64,000 nucleotides of DNA, taken from assembly GCF_009914755.1 (NCBI RefSeq), contig NC_060926.1; one strand, written 5' to 3'. Position numbers and translations under genes: made by a program. Source of the DNA: the human T2T-CHM13v2.0 reference genome, Homo sapiens. This document shows, piece after piece, positions 14,010-31,868 of the stretch (position 1 is its first letter; each line of letters begins with the position of its first letter). Under the pieces are notes generated by a model. The model was given only the letters and a program-made list of their open reading frames with translations, did no database searches and was not told where the DNA came from.

Positions 14010-14664
14010 TGAATGGGCATCATGGTTTGAATGAACTGCTCATCAGCCATCATGCATGAACCTAGAACATACTTGTCTTGTGTAGATCAGTTCTGTATTT
14101 CAAATACATTTCTAGTAGGCGCTAGCTGATTACTTCTGGTTCTTGTATTTGTCATCCTGTGTGTGTGTGTATGTGAAAATATGCATCACATAAAATTTAC
14201 TATTCTAACTTTCTGGTGTACAGTTTAGTGGCATTAAGTATATTCACAGTGTTATGTAACTGTCACCACCATCCATATCCAGAATTTTTTCATCCTCCCA
14301 ATTGCAATATTTTTGAAAACATTGAGAGCTCATAATTTTGTTGAAGATAGGATGGCCATCTTTCCTTCATAATTGCAAAACATTTATATTTTTAGATTTA
14401 TAGGCACCATTTAGAATTAGTCCAATGATTTTTAAAATTTCTACATTATCCATTTCCTTTTATTCACATTTGTGTACACTTTAGCATTTTTCCATGTGTG
14501 AACTGCATCAACATCATAAAACATCAAAAAATACGTGACACATCTCTTTAGAAAACAGGTTATTGCAAAATTTTGTGTGAAGTCCTTTCTTGTTGAATAA
14601 GTAACTGAGTAAGAATGTCACTTTTTTGGTTTTAGAAATATATTGTTCACTCATTGACACTTTA

Positions 14665-15290
14665 AAAAATAATCTATTAAGGGGAAATTCACATAATATA
14701 AAACTAACCATTTTAAAGTGAACAGTTTAGTATCATTTTGTCCATTCGCAGTGTGCCATTACCACCTCAGTTTAGTTCCAGAACATTTCTGTCATTCCAA
14801 GGTAAAAAAATATCTTAGCAATTTAGCACTTTCTCCATTTTCCTCCCTTCCCCACCCACTGATAACCACCAGTCTGCATTCTGTCTCTATGGATTTATTG
14901 GATATTTCATATACATGGAATCACATAACATGTGAGCTTTTGTGCCTGGCTTCTTTTACATAGTGTGATGTTTTGAGGTTCAGCTAACTTGTAACATGTA
15001 CCAGTAAGTAGTACTTCATTCCTTTTTATAGCTGAACAGTATTTCATATTACAATATTCCTATATGTGTTTATAGTAGAATTTGTTTATCCATTCATTTT
15101 TTGGTGGACATTTGGACTGTTTCCACCTTTTGGCTATTGTGAATAGTGATGGTGTAAACATGCATGTACATGAACTTATTTTGAGTATTTGTTTTCAGTT
15201 TTATGGGGCATATACCAATGAGTGGAGTTGCTGGATCGAGTGGTAATTCTATGTTTAACTTTTTGAGGAACTGCCAAACTGTTCCCAGCA
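14665..15290 (-). mobile_element. L1M (L1MB-like) 3' end fragment
   Basis: Antisense L1 3' motifs such as GGTAATTCTATGTTTAACTTTTTGAGGAACTGCCAAACTG. Confidence 0.8.
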
Positions 15291-15369
15291 CTCATTGGTT
15301 CTTAAGTTTGAGAAAATTAATCTAGGGTATTATCATCTCAAGATACATAGTCTGAAATTTTGTTTATAT

Positions 15370-15609
15370 CAGTGGTTCTCAATTGAGAGTGATTTTTGAG
15401 ACAATCAAGAATGGCTTCAAACATTTATCCCCCGGGGACGTTTGGTAAAGCTTGGAGACATTTTTGATTGTCACAGCTGGATAGGTGCTGCTGTTGTCTA
15501 GTGGAGCTAGGGATGATGTTAAACATCCTATGATGCGCAAGACAGCCCCACGAACAACAAAAAATTATCTGGTCCTGAATATCAGTAGTACTGAAGTTAG
15601 TAAATCCTG
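15370..15609. mobile_element. MER20-like hAT DNA transposon
   Basis: CAGTGGTTCTCAA...GGAGACATTTTTGATTGTCAC...TAAACATCCTA...CCTG. Confidence 0.75.
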
Positions 15610-16122
15610 GCTAATTTTATTGTCATCATTAGAGACTAGAGTGCTATAATCTGTCTCCTTCCCATTCATCTTTGATTTTGTAGTAATGTGAAACATTTTC
15701 TTTGTTGCTTTTTTTCCTTTTGCCATTATTAAAATGAAAAATTCTGATTTCTTAACTGTGCTAAATGAAAACTGAAAAAAAGACTACAGAGATTAAGTCT
15801 CTAGTGTTCTATATCTTTTTGAAAGATGGGTCAGTGCTTTCTACAACACAATAAAAATGGAAGGATGATGTAATAACTATAATTTTTTTCACTATTGCAT
15901 TATTTTCCATATTCTTGTCATTTTAGTGTTTTTGGAATAGTTGATTAAGAAATGATGGACTACTAATGCCTCCTAGTATGATAAAATAGCAAATTTTCAG
16001 GGTATAAGAAAAATAACCACTAATATTCCATACTATTTGATAGATTTGTAATAATGTACAATTAACCTACACAGTAATGACATGATAGAATGAATTGTCT
16101 TATTTAAAAATATAAGTAAATT

Positions 16123-16523
<401 letters not shown>

Positions 16524-16728
16524 TAAAATTTGGATACAGGGTTAATCACTGTGCTCTGTAGCTCCCTGTAAGGGAGATCATTCTATACTCTCAGAAAAAG
16601 ATTATTAAAAAACAGTTTTGATTTCTACTTCATTTTTATGAATTTTGATTCTTTTAAAGATTTTGGTATAAAGTTTTCCTCCTTAAATTATCAAAATAAT
16701 TATATTTTATTTTGTTTACTTTTTTTAG

Positions 16729-16861
16729 GAGAGAAAGAAAAAATAAAATATACTTGGGGAAGTTGTACCTGCCAGAATTAGCAAGAGCTTTCTTTAAGAA
16801 GACATTTGTCAAACTCAACAAATTGAAGGTTAACACCTTAAGAGTTGTAGTTACTGACCAG
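16729..16861 (+). other. PSMD14: PSMD14 exon 2 (5' UTR, 133 nt, no ATG)
   Basis: Polypyrimidine tract TTTGTTTACTTTTTTTAG| acceptor and CCAG|GTAAGG donor; lies between exon 1 and the ATG exon. Confidence 0.82.
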
Positions 16862-19117
16862 GTAAGGTTTAAAAATGTATTTTACTTTTAATTATTATTT
16901 TACGGATGGATAGAGAGATAGTATGAAAATGTATTATTTTTAACAGATGTCAAATTATGAATGTGATTGATAACCAGATTTTGAAAAGTGGTGTGATTTA
17001 GAATATGTATCAATATACTTCATTACCAAATGTTAGTATTTTTATTAAACCTGGTTATCTCAGCTTAAAGTTTTAATTTGTTAAATATGTTTCCTCTTTG
17101 CTGTGATATCTAATTTTGCTACAGAAACAAATTTGACCTGCCAGATTTTCTTTCTCTCTGCTTCTTGCATCACTCATATATATTCACAGCATCTGGAGTC
17201 TGTGTAAAGTCATCAGAAACAACACAGAGGGATAGATAAACTGAACACAGCTGGGAATCAGTTTTGGCCTAGAATATATATATTCTAATGTATACTGTAT
17301 GTTGTTTGTTTTTTCTGTTGGTTCTTTAAGTTTGTAAGGTTGAAATGGTCCAAAAGAAATTTTTTTCTTCTTTGGTAATATATTCTAGAGAATTGCTTTA
17401 ATATTATAAAATATACAGGATTCCCCCCGCCCCGTTTTTAGCCTTTAAAAAGTGCTGTGTGTTGAATGCCATATTTGATTTGAGGAATTTCAATGAGTAT
17501 TTGATGGAGATTTTATTTGTAAATGTTGCTATTAGGAGGATGAGTTAAGATCGTGAAGTGGAAATTTTGTCTGTATTACCACGTTTTCTTATATGCCTTT
17601 TCATTTTAAAAAAGGAATTTTTAAAATTGTGAGTCTTATAAACATGTTACATGAAACAAGCCAGATACGAAAAATATATGATTCCGTTTATGTAAAATTC
17701 AAAAGCAGCCAAACTAATCTGTGCTGTTGAAAGTTGAATTTTACCTTTGCAGGGTGGAATAGACTGGAAGCGGGGCTTGGGTGGCGTTTCTGAGGTGCCA
17801 ATAATGTTCTGTTTCTTGAACTAGGTGATGGTTACATGGATGTGTTCACTTTTGAAGATTCCATGGCCATATCGTTTGTTTTCTTTTCTGTATGTGCACT
17901 TGAGTGAAGTTCTTTTCTGTATGTGGACTTGAATAAAGTTTGCGATATTAACATTGTTAAATTGTTACCAGGATTCAACAAAGGTGATTGGTGGGGGATA
18001 ATATATAAGTACATTATTGAGTTTTAGTTTATATAGCAATTTGAACTCGTAAAACAACATGGACGAAGGATGAAATGAATCTTAGCATTTAATTTAGAAT
18101 ATAATTTGTAATAATACCATTTTCTTAAGCATACACTTAGGAAGAAGAGGAATTTCATTTAGGACATAGCGATTTTCAAGTAGAAAAAATTGCTTTGTTG
18201 TCATTTTTAAATTACTTAGTTGTACTGTTATTAACTTTTAAAATTTGATTACTTCTTTTTGTTATTTAAGGCCATATAAGTACACTTGATATTTCTTAAC
18301 TTCTTCTGTGAGGTTTTCAAGCTTGTAAGAGTATCTTCTGTAGTTACTCTAAATGTTAAAACTAAATCAGATTGATATAGTAAATCCACTTTGTATTGGT
18401 TAACTCTGAAGTTATAATTGAGAAGCACAGTTGAATTTCCTTAGTGAAAAAGGTGTATATATCTCTACAACATCTGAAACAACACAAAATATCTGTGTAG
18501 GTTCTAGAACACTATCTTAATATGTTTAATGTTTATGCTATAGTATTTCTTTTAGTATAATGAGTTCAGTTTTTAAAAGCCTTTGATGCTAATTCAGAGA
18601 TCCATAATCTGCTCACAATGTCTTTCACATGTAGTTTTGATGGTAACTGACAAGCTGTAAGTTAATTAGCACAGAACTTACTAATGAGGATGTTAAAATT
18701 TAATTTAAAAGTGAGGATTTTTATTTGTACACTCTGGACCAATTGAAGGAAATTCAATCATACATATGATAAGCATTTCAGGCACTTTTTCTACATTCAG
18801 GTACTTTATTAGATAACAATAAGAAAATATAATTAACTTAATGATAGCAAAGTTTTGAAAGTATGCTAAGATTGCTTGTCTTTAAAACTGGGGATAACCC
18901 AAAACCAAAGCAGTAAAATAAGGTCTGTTAATTAGCATGGAAGACAGCTTCTTGAATTAATATGTGGTGTTAATTAACAGGAAGTCTGATGTTGTGTTGT
19001 AATTACCACCAATATTTTTGACATACTGAGTGACTGAAGGTGAATTATATAGATAGCAATTGAATAAACACTTTTGTGCTTAGGAACGTTTTTTCTTTGT
19101 TTCTGTTTTCTAGAAAT

Positions 19118-19165
19118 ATGGACAGACTTCTTAGACTTGGAGGAGGTATGCCTGGACTGGGCCAG
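19118..19165 (+). CDS. PSMD14: PSMD14 first coding exon (exon 19114-19165), 26S proteasome non-ATPase regulatory subunit 14 (Rpn11/POH1), aa 1-16; the CDS continues beyond the window
   Basis: Acceptor TTCTGTTTTCTAG|AAAT, then ATG GAC AGA CTT CTT AGA CTT GGA GGA GGT ATG CCT GGA CTG GGC CAG|GTTAG. This translates as MDRLLRLGGGMPGLGQ, the conserved Rpn11 N-terminus. Strong Kozak context (A at -3, G at +4); phase-0 donor. Confidence 0.95.
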
Positions 19166-20964
19166 GTTAGTATATAGTCTCTTGAGCATTTCCTTGTGTG
19201 TAAACTACAAGCCTTTTTGTAGTTAGCCAAAGAGAAAGAAATTATCCCCAAGAAAATCACCTAACAGATAACTCTATGGTAAGAATCTTACCTTATTGAT
19301 GTTTGTTATCTTGCAACACTAGATAACATGTGGAAAACATTTATTGTCTTAGTTTACTTTTCTCCTGGGAATAAGAATTTTCTGTTATTTGCTTTGTTTA
19401 AAATTTTGAGATATGTAGGATTATCAAAGTTGGCTTTTAGGAAAAAAAAACCCTCAAAATAGCTTACTTCCTGAATTTACAGTGTAAACTTTAGATGTAA
19501 CACAAGAAAAAGTAAGCATGTCATCCTGCTTGCCAGATCCAGAAAACTGACCCATAGAATGTTTATATGTACAGTCTTAACACTGGTAAATTTCTGCTAG
19601 TAATTATGATATATAGATGGATTAATAAGTAATCTCTCTCCTTTAAATTTGGTATAAATGGTTTCTTTTATAATCTTTTTAAAAAATAAATAAGCTTTCA
19701 GTTGTTTTAATATTGTTTATCTTGTTCCATTTGCTGTTGGGCAAATGACCTCTAGATTTCTGCCTCAGGATAGTCTATCTGCTTTCAGATCAAGAATTTG
19801 TGCCTCTTGTGAGTTCGACACTTTTGATCTGTGCAGTCATACATTGAGTTAATACTAATTAACAAAAGAAATGACTATGTGTATTTCTCTTCCTAAGACT
19901 TTTATATATGCAATGTATTGTTTTATGACCAAATATTAGAAATATTTTTATAGTCCCTTTTAAAATCTCTTTAGTTTCCAGCTTTCCCACATTTCCTTAC
20001 TGCTATCAGTGACTTCATCTTTCTTCAAAGTAATCTGTGTTTACTATAAGAAGCAGTTTTTGTTTCAGACTTCATGAAATTTTCAGTGTTTTAGAAGAAC
20101 TTTCATAAGAACTGTTTGATTAGGTCTATCATGGTTTATGACTTTTATAAAGTTGAAATCTTTTTGTGATTCTGTATTGCATTCTTGGATGGATTTCAGT
20201 TGTTTTTCGTTTACTTTTGTTAGTTTTGATGATTTCTCATGTTTCTTTGTTGTCAGCCTATTTCTTCATGATTCTTCATTTTTATAACACCTGTATAACT
20301 CATTCTCTCAAGAGGCCTAAGCCTCTTTGAACTTGATCCTGAACCTGTTTCCATTCTTTTGTAAACATTCTAGAGAGCTTCTAGAATTTCTCTAATTTAT
20401 TCTGAAATTAGTAGTAATAGTGTTCAGGCATGTGAAAATGTGAGAAGTGAGCAGAGGTGGTATGTAGATACTGCAGATTTACCTGCAAATTATAGGTGAA
20501 GATGTTGCCTTAGAATTCTTAAGGAAAGTTGTATCAAATTTAAATATAAAAATAACTTTCCTTAAGCATAGATACAATAAATTACCCATCTTGGAAATCC
20601 ATGCTGGAAAACCCCTGGACATGAAATAATGGTTTTACTGACCACAAATTGAGCTACATTATATGTCAATGGCGACTTCAAAGCTTTATATCAAGTGAAA
20701 AACTTAATGTTTTTTCAGTAACCTTATTGGTTTCTGATTAATCAGCCATTGTGTCCTTAGTTTGTACTCTTTTTTGAAGTTAAAAATCTGCTTAAGAATC
20801 ATTTCATCTCAATTAGATGATAAACTCTAATTTGTGGAACTCTTATTTTTATGGTATCTCCCTTATCCTATACTAGGTGTAATTTTCTTTTTCTCTAAAA
20901 TTTTATTTTATCTTGTTATAGGAATAATTTGACAAATACTTATGATGTTACTTTTGTAACATGA

Positions 20965-21330
<366 letters not shown>

Positions 21331-21779
21331 TAATAAGAAGTCAAAGATCTTTGGATTGATAATAGCTATCTTTTCATTAGATAAGGCATAGGCACCAATA
21401 GTAGTAAAAAAGGAGACACAAATTGGCCCTTCTCTCCAAAAATCAGTGGGAAATGTTATCTTACCATTTAATGGAAAAGGCAGAATTCCCTCCCAAATAG
21501 GAGCAGGTCACTTGCTGGTAAGTTTGTAGATGGCCCTCTTAAAATGTGGCAGTAGACAGGAGCAGAACAGGTAAAGGCCTCATATGATTGAGAGTTCCTT
21601 AAGGTTATTTTATTTCCTTGATTGAAGAACAAGAACCATGGACATTTTATGAGTGAATAGGCCACCTTAAATCATGATCTATACGAATAACCCAATTTTG
21701 ATGAACGAAATGTCCAAGACATATTTTTTTTTATATCAGTGTCCAAACAGTTGCTACTTTACTGGCTTGAAGACATTTT

Positions 21780-22480
21780 GTTTCACTCCCAATTGACACA
21801 AACCTGGCGGTTACTGTCAGACTCTGCAAGTTAAAGGCTCACTTCTCCACAGAACTACCCTTACTTCAGATGCCAGCTATACTTCATGTGTCCCCAAGCC
21901 ATCCACACTTTGGACTGACACTTTAACCTGAGTATAAATTTGGAGGTCCTCACAACCTCCTCAGGTTTGATAATTCACTAGAACAACTGACAAAACTCAA
22001 GAAAGTGCTGTGCTTATTATTACAATTTTGTTATCCAGAAATACAGATTAGGAGGACCAGTGAAATGAAGACACACAGGATGGGGTCTGGGAGGAGATGC
22101 AGAGCTCCTGTGCCCTCTCTTCATGGAATTAGGGCATGTCACCCTCCCTGCACATCAGTGAGTTTACCAGCCAGGGAACTCCACCTGGTGTAGCTTTGGT
22201 TTCCGAGTTTTTATTGGGACTCGGCATACATGAGCTTGATTGATTAAATCATTGGGTGATCAAACTCAAAATTCAAATCTCCATCCTCCCTTCCCAAATG
22301 GGCCTGGCTCAAAGTCTTAGCCCTCTAATTACCGTGTTGGTCTTTATGTTGATCAGCCCTCATCTGCAAGCTATCTAGGGGTGTGCACTAAGTCACAGTG
22401 TTAGCATAACAAAAGAAACTCCAAGGGTTTTTGAGGCTCTGTGCCAGAAACTCAGGATAAAGACCAGATTATTACGCAAC
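21780..22480. mobile_element. LTR fragment, MER21-like
   Basis: Motifs ACTTCAGATGCCAGC and CTCAGGTTTGATAATTCACTAGAAC recalled from MER21; boundaries approximate. Confidence 0.6.
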
Positions 22481-22678
22481 AAAGACTTGTTTTCAGCCTT
22501 GACTTCATTATTTGTAGAAACAATTCAGTATTTCATTTGAATTTTTCTTGTACTATGATACTGATTTTTATGTTGTTTCCAAGAGACATGACCCCACCTT
22601 GAGTCCCAGTGCCTTTAATATAACCCAGTAGTAGTAAAAAGGTCTTTGGGCTTTGCTCTATATGCTAATTGGTCATGT

Positions 22679-22986
22679 TATTGTTATTATTATTATTTTG
22701 AGTCAGAGACTTGCTTTGTTGCCCAGTCTGGAGTACAGTGGTATGATCTCAGCTCACTGCAGTCTCGCCCTCCTGGATTCAAGTGATTCTCCTGCCTCAG
22801 CCTCGCAAGTAGCTGGGATTACAGGCATGAGCCTCCACGCCCAGCTAATTTTTTTATTTTTAGTAGAGGTGGGGTTTCACCAAGTTGGCCGGGCTGGTCT
22901 TGAACTCCTGACCTCAAGTGATCTGCCCACTGCAGCCTCCCAAAGTGCTTGGATTACAGATGTGAACCATTGCACCCGGCCTGGTC
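22679..22986 (-). mobile_element. Alu
   Basis: Reverse dimer, TSD TGGTCATGTT. Confidence 0.93.
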
Positions 22987-23673
22987 ATGTTTTTTTAATG
23001 GAGGAATTCACAGTAATAATATAGGAATATCAGTATTATAATCACAGTTGATACTGATATTTCATTGTTTTTGAGGCCACTTGGTCTTAGTTGTTTTATT
23101 TGGGAGTTGTAGTAGGGCTAGTAGGTAAAAAAGGAACTTGTAAATAATCAAAGTCCCCATTCATTCTAGTTTCTTAATTTTCTCTAAATAGGAGGTGACT
23201 TTTCTCTTTTCCAAGGCTATTCCTTCCTTGTTCTTGGATCTCGTTCTCTTGACACACTGCAGATCTCCATTGACCCCTTTCTCTGCCTACAAAGATGTTT
23301 AAGTCTCCTGTATCCAAAAACCAAAACTCTACTGCATACTGCCATTAAACCTTTTCTTCCATTTATTTCTAGAATTCCTGAAATAATAGCTTAAACTCCA
23401 TAATCTACTTAATTACCTCTGTTCACTCACATGAGAATGCATTCTGGCCAACTCCTGTATTACTGTACTGGAATTTTTTAAACTGCCAAGTCTATTGGCC
23501 TATTTTTAGTTCTCTTTTAACTAAACTTCAATATTCCACACTTACTATCTTAAACCTTTCTTTTCCATTAGTTTTTATCATGCTGTCTTTTCCTGTTTCT
23601 CATTACGGTGTCCATTCCTACAAAACAACTAAGTTTTATTTTTTTTAATATCACATTTTAAAATGTTAATATT

Positions 23674-23968
<295 letters not shown>

Positions 23969-25809
23969 TTAATATTTGAATAGTGATAGGCTACAATAAT
24001 TAAATTTGTCCTCAGTCCTCCACTTCAGTTTAACTTACCAGTAGTTTGAAGCAGAAATAAAGATGTTTTATTAGTACTATTAAAATTTATAAGGTAACAG
24101 CTTTAAATTTTAAATGTATTTTTAGATTTTCTTTGTTAAAATGCTTACAAACTTGAAATTACTAAAAGGTATGAGATTATTGTATTAAAAACATATGTTG
24201 CCATAATTTGGCTACTTCGTTGTCTTTATAACAAACTCCACCTAGGTCTTGGCATCTAAACGATTTCCAAAAGCAGTGGAAACAGAGCCCAAGAGATGAG
24301 AATAGCCAAAGCATATTCTGTACTTTTTAAAAATTTTGATTTCTCCCTGGGTTCATTTTAGCTTTGGAAATAGTCAATATAAGCTTGAAAGTAGATGGAA
24401 CTTAAGCAAAATGTCAGTGGCATTTAGTAACTTGTCTTCAGTTTTAATTTGTTAAGTCAATATTTTGAGTTTCTGTGTATCAGGTATTATATACTATAAC
24501 GAATTCCAAGACGAACAAGAATATCAATGCCTAATCCAGAGCCTTACATTATAATAGACACACAAGCAATCATGTTTTAAGTGCCTAGTACACATTAACT
24601 ACTTTGAATCAGTGAAAGCTAATGCTCATTGTAAATAACGTGATTTGTAAGTACAGTGGAGGTTAGTTTAACTTCTTTTGGGAAAAATTAGACCAACTTG
24701 GGAAAAATGGGAAAAATGAGACTAAGGAGATGATGTTTGAGCTGAGTTTTGAAATATGTGTCAAGGCATATTCAAAAGGCTAGAGAATAGATACATAAGA
24801 AAATACTGGGAAAAGAAGTTGGTAAAGGAGTCTGAAGTTGGTTATGAAAGGTGTTGAATGCCATACTTGGTGATTTTTACTTTTTTCCCCTAGGTGTTGT
24901 AGTTTCATGAAGATTTTCTTTCTTTCTTTTTTTTTTTTTTGAAGTATGAAGATTTTTTTTTTCTTTCCAGTAGACTTGTGAGGTAATTTGATCTGTGTTT
25001 TTGAAAAGTAATTCTAGTGGTAGTTTGGAGAACAGGTAAAGGGGAAGAGATTAAAGGCAAAGTCATCAATTACATGAATATTTGTGACTTTCAACCTTCC
25101 AGGCATATAACAGGATTATATTTTTCTGTCATCTTTGAAGTTAGCCTTGCCATGATTTTGCTTTGACCAATGGAATGTGATTGGTTAATAGGTCACTTTT
25201 AGGTGAAAGCTTTAAGAATCAGTGTGTGATTTGTCTGCCCTGGTAATAAACAACATCATGATGATTGAGCCTCTTTTAGCCAGGTCCATTATTGAGAATG
25301 ACATACAACCTGCAAGTTTTAAAGCAAAGTTAGAAATCACATGATTTCACACTGTGAAATTCTGTGTAAAATTAGGGTATTTTACACAGAAATCACATGA
25401 TTTCACAATGTGTAGGCCAAACTAAGGACATATGCAGCAGGGTATATAATGCCTGTAAGTTGTCACTTTGTATCTCTGGTACAGACCTCATTAATTTCAG
25501 GATGCAAAAATAAGGGAAAAATACTGTGGGTTAGTGATCCCAGAAGGCTTCCTGAATGTGGTGAGATATAGTGTACATTTTGAAGAATTATTTCCGGTGG
25601 CTAGATAAAAAAAAATTCATGAATTGAATAGGATGTATTTTGTTATAACTCCCAAATCCTCACAGTGTATGGATTTTTTGTATATTCACTAATAACTTTT
25701 TCTGGTTTCTTATTGTGGTGGTTGGGACAGAAATGTTGTTTCAATTGTTTGTCTCAGGTTTTGGTCTAATGTTTGGTAGAGAAGTTTAATTTAACATAGC
25801 AATGGAAAA

Positions 25810-28760
<2,951 letters not shown>

Positions 28761-28799
28761 ATAACTCCTGAGTAAAAATATTACAAGTTGTTCTACAGA

Positions 28800-29076
28800 A
28801 GCAGTATCTAGTACAACTTTCTACAGTGATGGAAGTGTCCATATCTGCACCATTCAATACGGTAGCCACTAGTCACATGTTTGTTAAGTACTGGAAATGT
28901 GACTGGAGCAGCTGGAGAACTGAATTCTAAGTGTTATATTACTTAAATTTAAAGAGTCACATGTACCTGTTGAGTCCATGAGATGTATCTTGTCTAACTG
29001 AATAACTGAATTTCTAATTTTATTTAAATTTATATGGTTATATCTAGCTAGTGGCTACCATATTGTACAGCGCAGG
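28800..29076. mobile_element. MER3/MER33-like hAT-Charlie element
   Basis: CAATACGGTAGCCACTAGTCACATGT...GCTAGTGGCTACCATATTGTACAGC. Confidence 0.7.
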
Positions 29077-31569
29077 TCTAGATAACTCACAACAAATTCA
29101 TGAAAAAAGGAGGGAGGCAAAAGGAACTTCAACTTTATAATGTTCTCTCTTTAGTACACAAACATAAAACTAAAGCAAAAGAACAAGTCATGGAATAACA
29201 CTAAATAACATTAAATAACATTAAATAACATTTTTCTTTAGTACTTTTTAGAAGAGCCACCAAATAAAGTCAGAAATTCATTTGAATTTATTTTTTAGTA
29301 GTTTTTTAATGCCTTACCTAGGTATTCCATTTTCTCTCCCAGTCTTTAATTTGAAGGCGATAATACTAGAGAGGTTACCACAGTATAGATCTTGCAGGGC
29401 CCTGTAGAAAATTCTCTTCTGAGTGAGTTGGGAAGCTATTAGAGATGCTGAGCAAAGGAGTTATGCTTATCAGACTTACATTTTTAAAGAACTTGGACAC
29501 TCTGAAGATGAAGCTACCACAATAATGTTTTAAAATAAATTACAGATTATTGTTCTATTTTTATTCTATATCTGCTAGAGCAATCCTGCCATGTAATGAA
29601 CCATCATAGATCATTGTGTACAATTAGTCTTTTTTTATATCTGTCACATCTGTCATAAATACAAGCTTTAATTTTTGCTATAAGCACTGGCATAGTAGTA
29701 TGCAAATGAGCAGACCTTTACAAAATGTTTTCATAGGTTTTCTTTATATTCTTTGAATTATTTAGCTTAGCTGTATTGACAGTATTTATATGCTCATGAA
29801 TATTCTGGTTACCTTTTTTTTCTTTGAGTATCTGATGTAATCCTTTATACATTTATGAAGGTCCTTTCTAAACATTAGTAGATTAATTTGGGCATTTTCT
29901 CTTAAGAAGTAGAGAAGGGTCGAAAAATTTTAATTGTTTTATTTCTTAGCTTAACTACAAATAATGGTGATTTTGCTTTAGAAACAAAGCAGAATTACAA
30001 GATGCCTTTAACGTTTTTCTTATTTGCTGCTCTTGTGAGGTTATAATTTTATTAAATATAGGTCCTAATCATTCTATTCATATACTCTGATATTTATACG
30101 ATAGAAAATTAAGAAAGGGGTCAGGTCAAAAGCAAGCTAATTAGAGCATATTCTTTCTAGTCGTCATTGTAGTGTGATTATTCTGAATACGTATTAAACT
30201 CTGTGAAAAATAGGGTGTTCCTGAGAGGCCTCAAATCTAGTCTTGAGGGTTCTCAGATAAGTAAAAGGGACATAAATTTTCCATAGGTACATGATAGTTA
30301 ACCTGTGTCAGTTTGTTTGAATATTTTAATTGTGATAGGTCTTTTGAGAGGAAAGGTCTTTGACACCTGTGAATGCTAAATTTCTATTTTGATATGCAAT
30401 TATGATAAACAAATTTGTTCAAGTTCTTAGAATGGAAGGGGATTGGTGATAAATTTTCAGTTACAGTGAAACTGTCCTTCAAATTAGTGACATTCTGATG
30501 AAATAAGAAAAAATAAAAATTGTGAAAAGTAATGAAATGTTTAAAGTTTTAAATATAAAGTCAAGGATATGATGGATTTATGACATCTGATACCATTTTT
30601 GGTAGAAAGTATATGGGAAAGAAGACAGAAGAAGATATCTCTGTCTAATATGGGAAATTAAGACATTGCAACATAATCTCAATATTCCAAATGTATGGGA
30701 CGTTATGATCAAAGATACAATCTGTGTTTTCTTTCCCTACCTTCAACATTGTTTTACACATTTGATTTACTGGTTACATTGCTATTTGGCACATTGATCT
30801 TCGGGTTTCCTATCTTAAACTTGCATAATTTAATTTGTAATTTTTCAGTTCATGTTATCATTTGGGAAGTTCTCTAATTATCAGATTCATTTAAAACCCA
30901 AGCAGGTAGGACTGATTCTCTTACAACACAGACTCAAGGTGGTTCTCTGTGGGATGTTGTCTGGGTTGAGTGCCCTGAAAGTATGCCACCAGAGCAGGGC
31001 AGTGGTCTCCACTGGGCAGCCTCTCAGTGCTGCTTTTTAAGCTGTTGCCTGTGATTGCACAGGCTCTTCCCTTCAGCAGACTGAATGCCTGTGAAGGGCA
31101 TAATGGCTTAGGGACAATAGAGTAAATAATAAAAATAATAAAAATTATGATAGTTGTACTTTTCTCTTACTCATTGTACATTTTCCCCTCTTTTTACTCA
31201 GTTACATTCTTACCTGCCTGTGGTAATTTTCTATTCCCTAGTGTTGTAAACGGAGCCTGAGTTATTAGAAGGAAAATGCTTATCAAAAGTAGACAGTAGA
31301 ATGACAAAACCTAGTTTTTGAAAAGTTCACCATTCTGTTTTATAGAAAAGGAAAACTTTCACTTCATAGGAAACAACATATTTCACTACCTAGTAGAATA
31401 CATTTTTGTTGTCATTGTATAGCTATATCACTATAGGGAGATGATTTTGATTTTGCTTTAATTTGTACCTGGTTTCACGGTTTCTGGTTATTTCTCTCCC
31501 ATTTGTGATTTCTGGTTACTGTATTCATTTCCTGATTTCTACTGTATAGACTAGATGATGTCTTTGGAA

Positions 31570-31868
31570 TTTTTTTTTTTTTTTTATTTTTAAGACGGAG
31601 TCTCACTCTGTTGCTCGGGCTAGAGTGCGGTGGTGCGATCTCGGCTCAGTGCAACCTCCGCCTCCCAGGTTCAAGCGGTTCTCCTGCCTCAGCCTCCTGA
31701 GTAGCTGGGACTACAGGCACATGCCACCAGGGCTAATTTTTTGTATTTTTAGTAGAGACGGGGTTTCACCATGCTGACCAGGCTGGTCTCGAACTCCTGA
31801 CCTGGTGATCTGCCTGCCTCGGCCTACCAAAGTGCTGGGATTACAGGCGTGAGCCACCGCGCCTGGCC
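31570..31868 (-). mobile_element. Alu (AluS-like)
   Basis: Reverse dimer, TSD TCTTTGGA. Confidence 0.95.

Noticed and set aside
29194-29232. TAAATAACAT x3-4, and other short AT-rich repeats (about 2013-2048, 2379-2415, 24679-24716)
   Set aside because: Ordinary slippage in AT-rich DNA.
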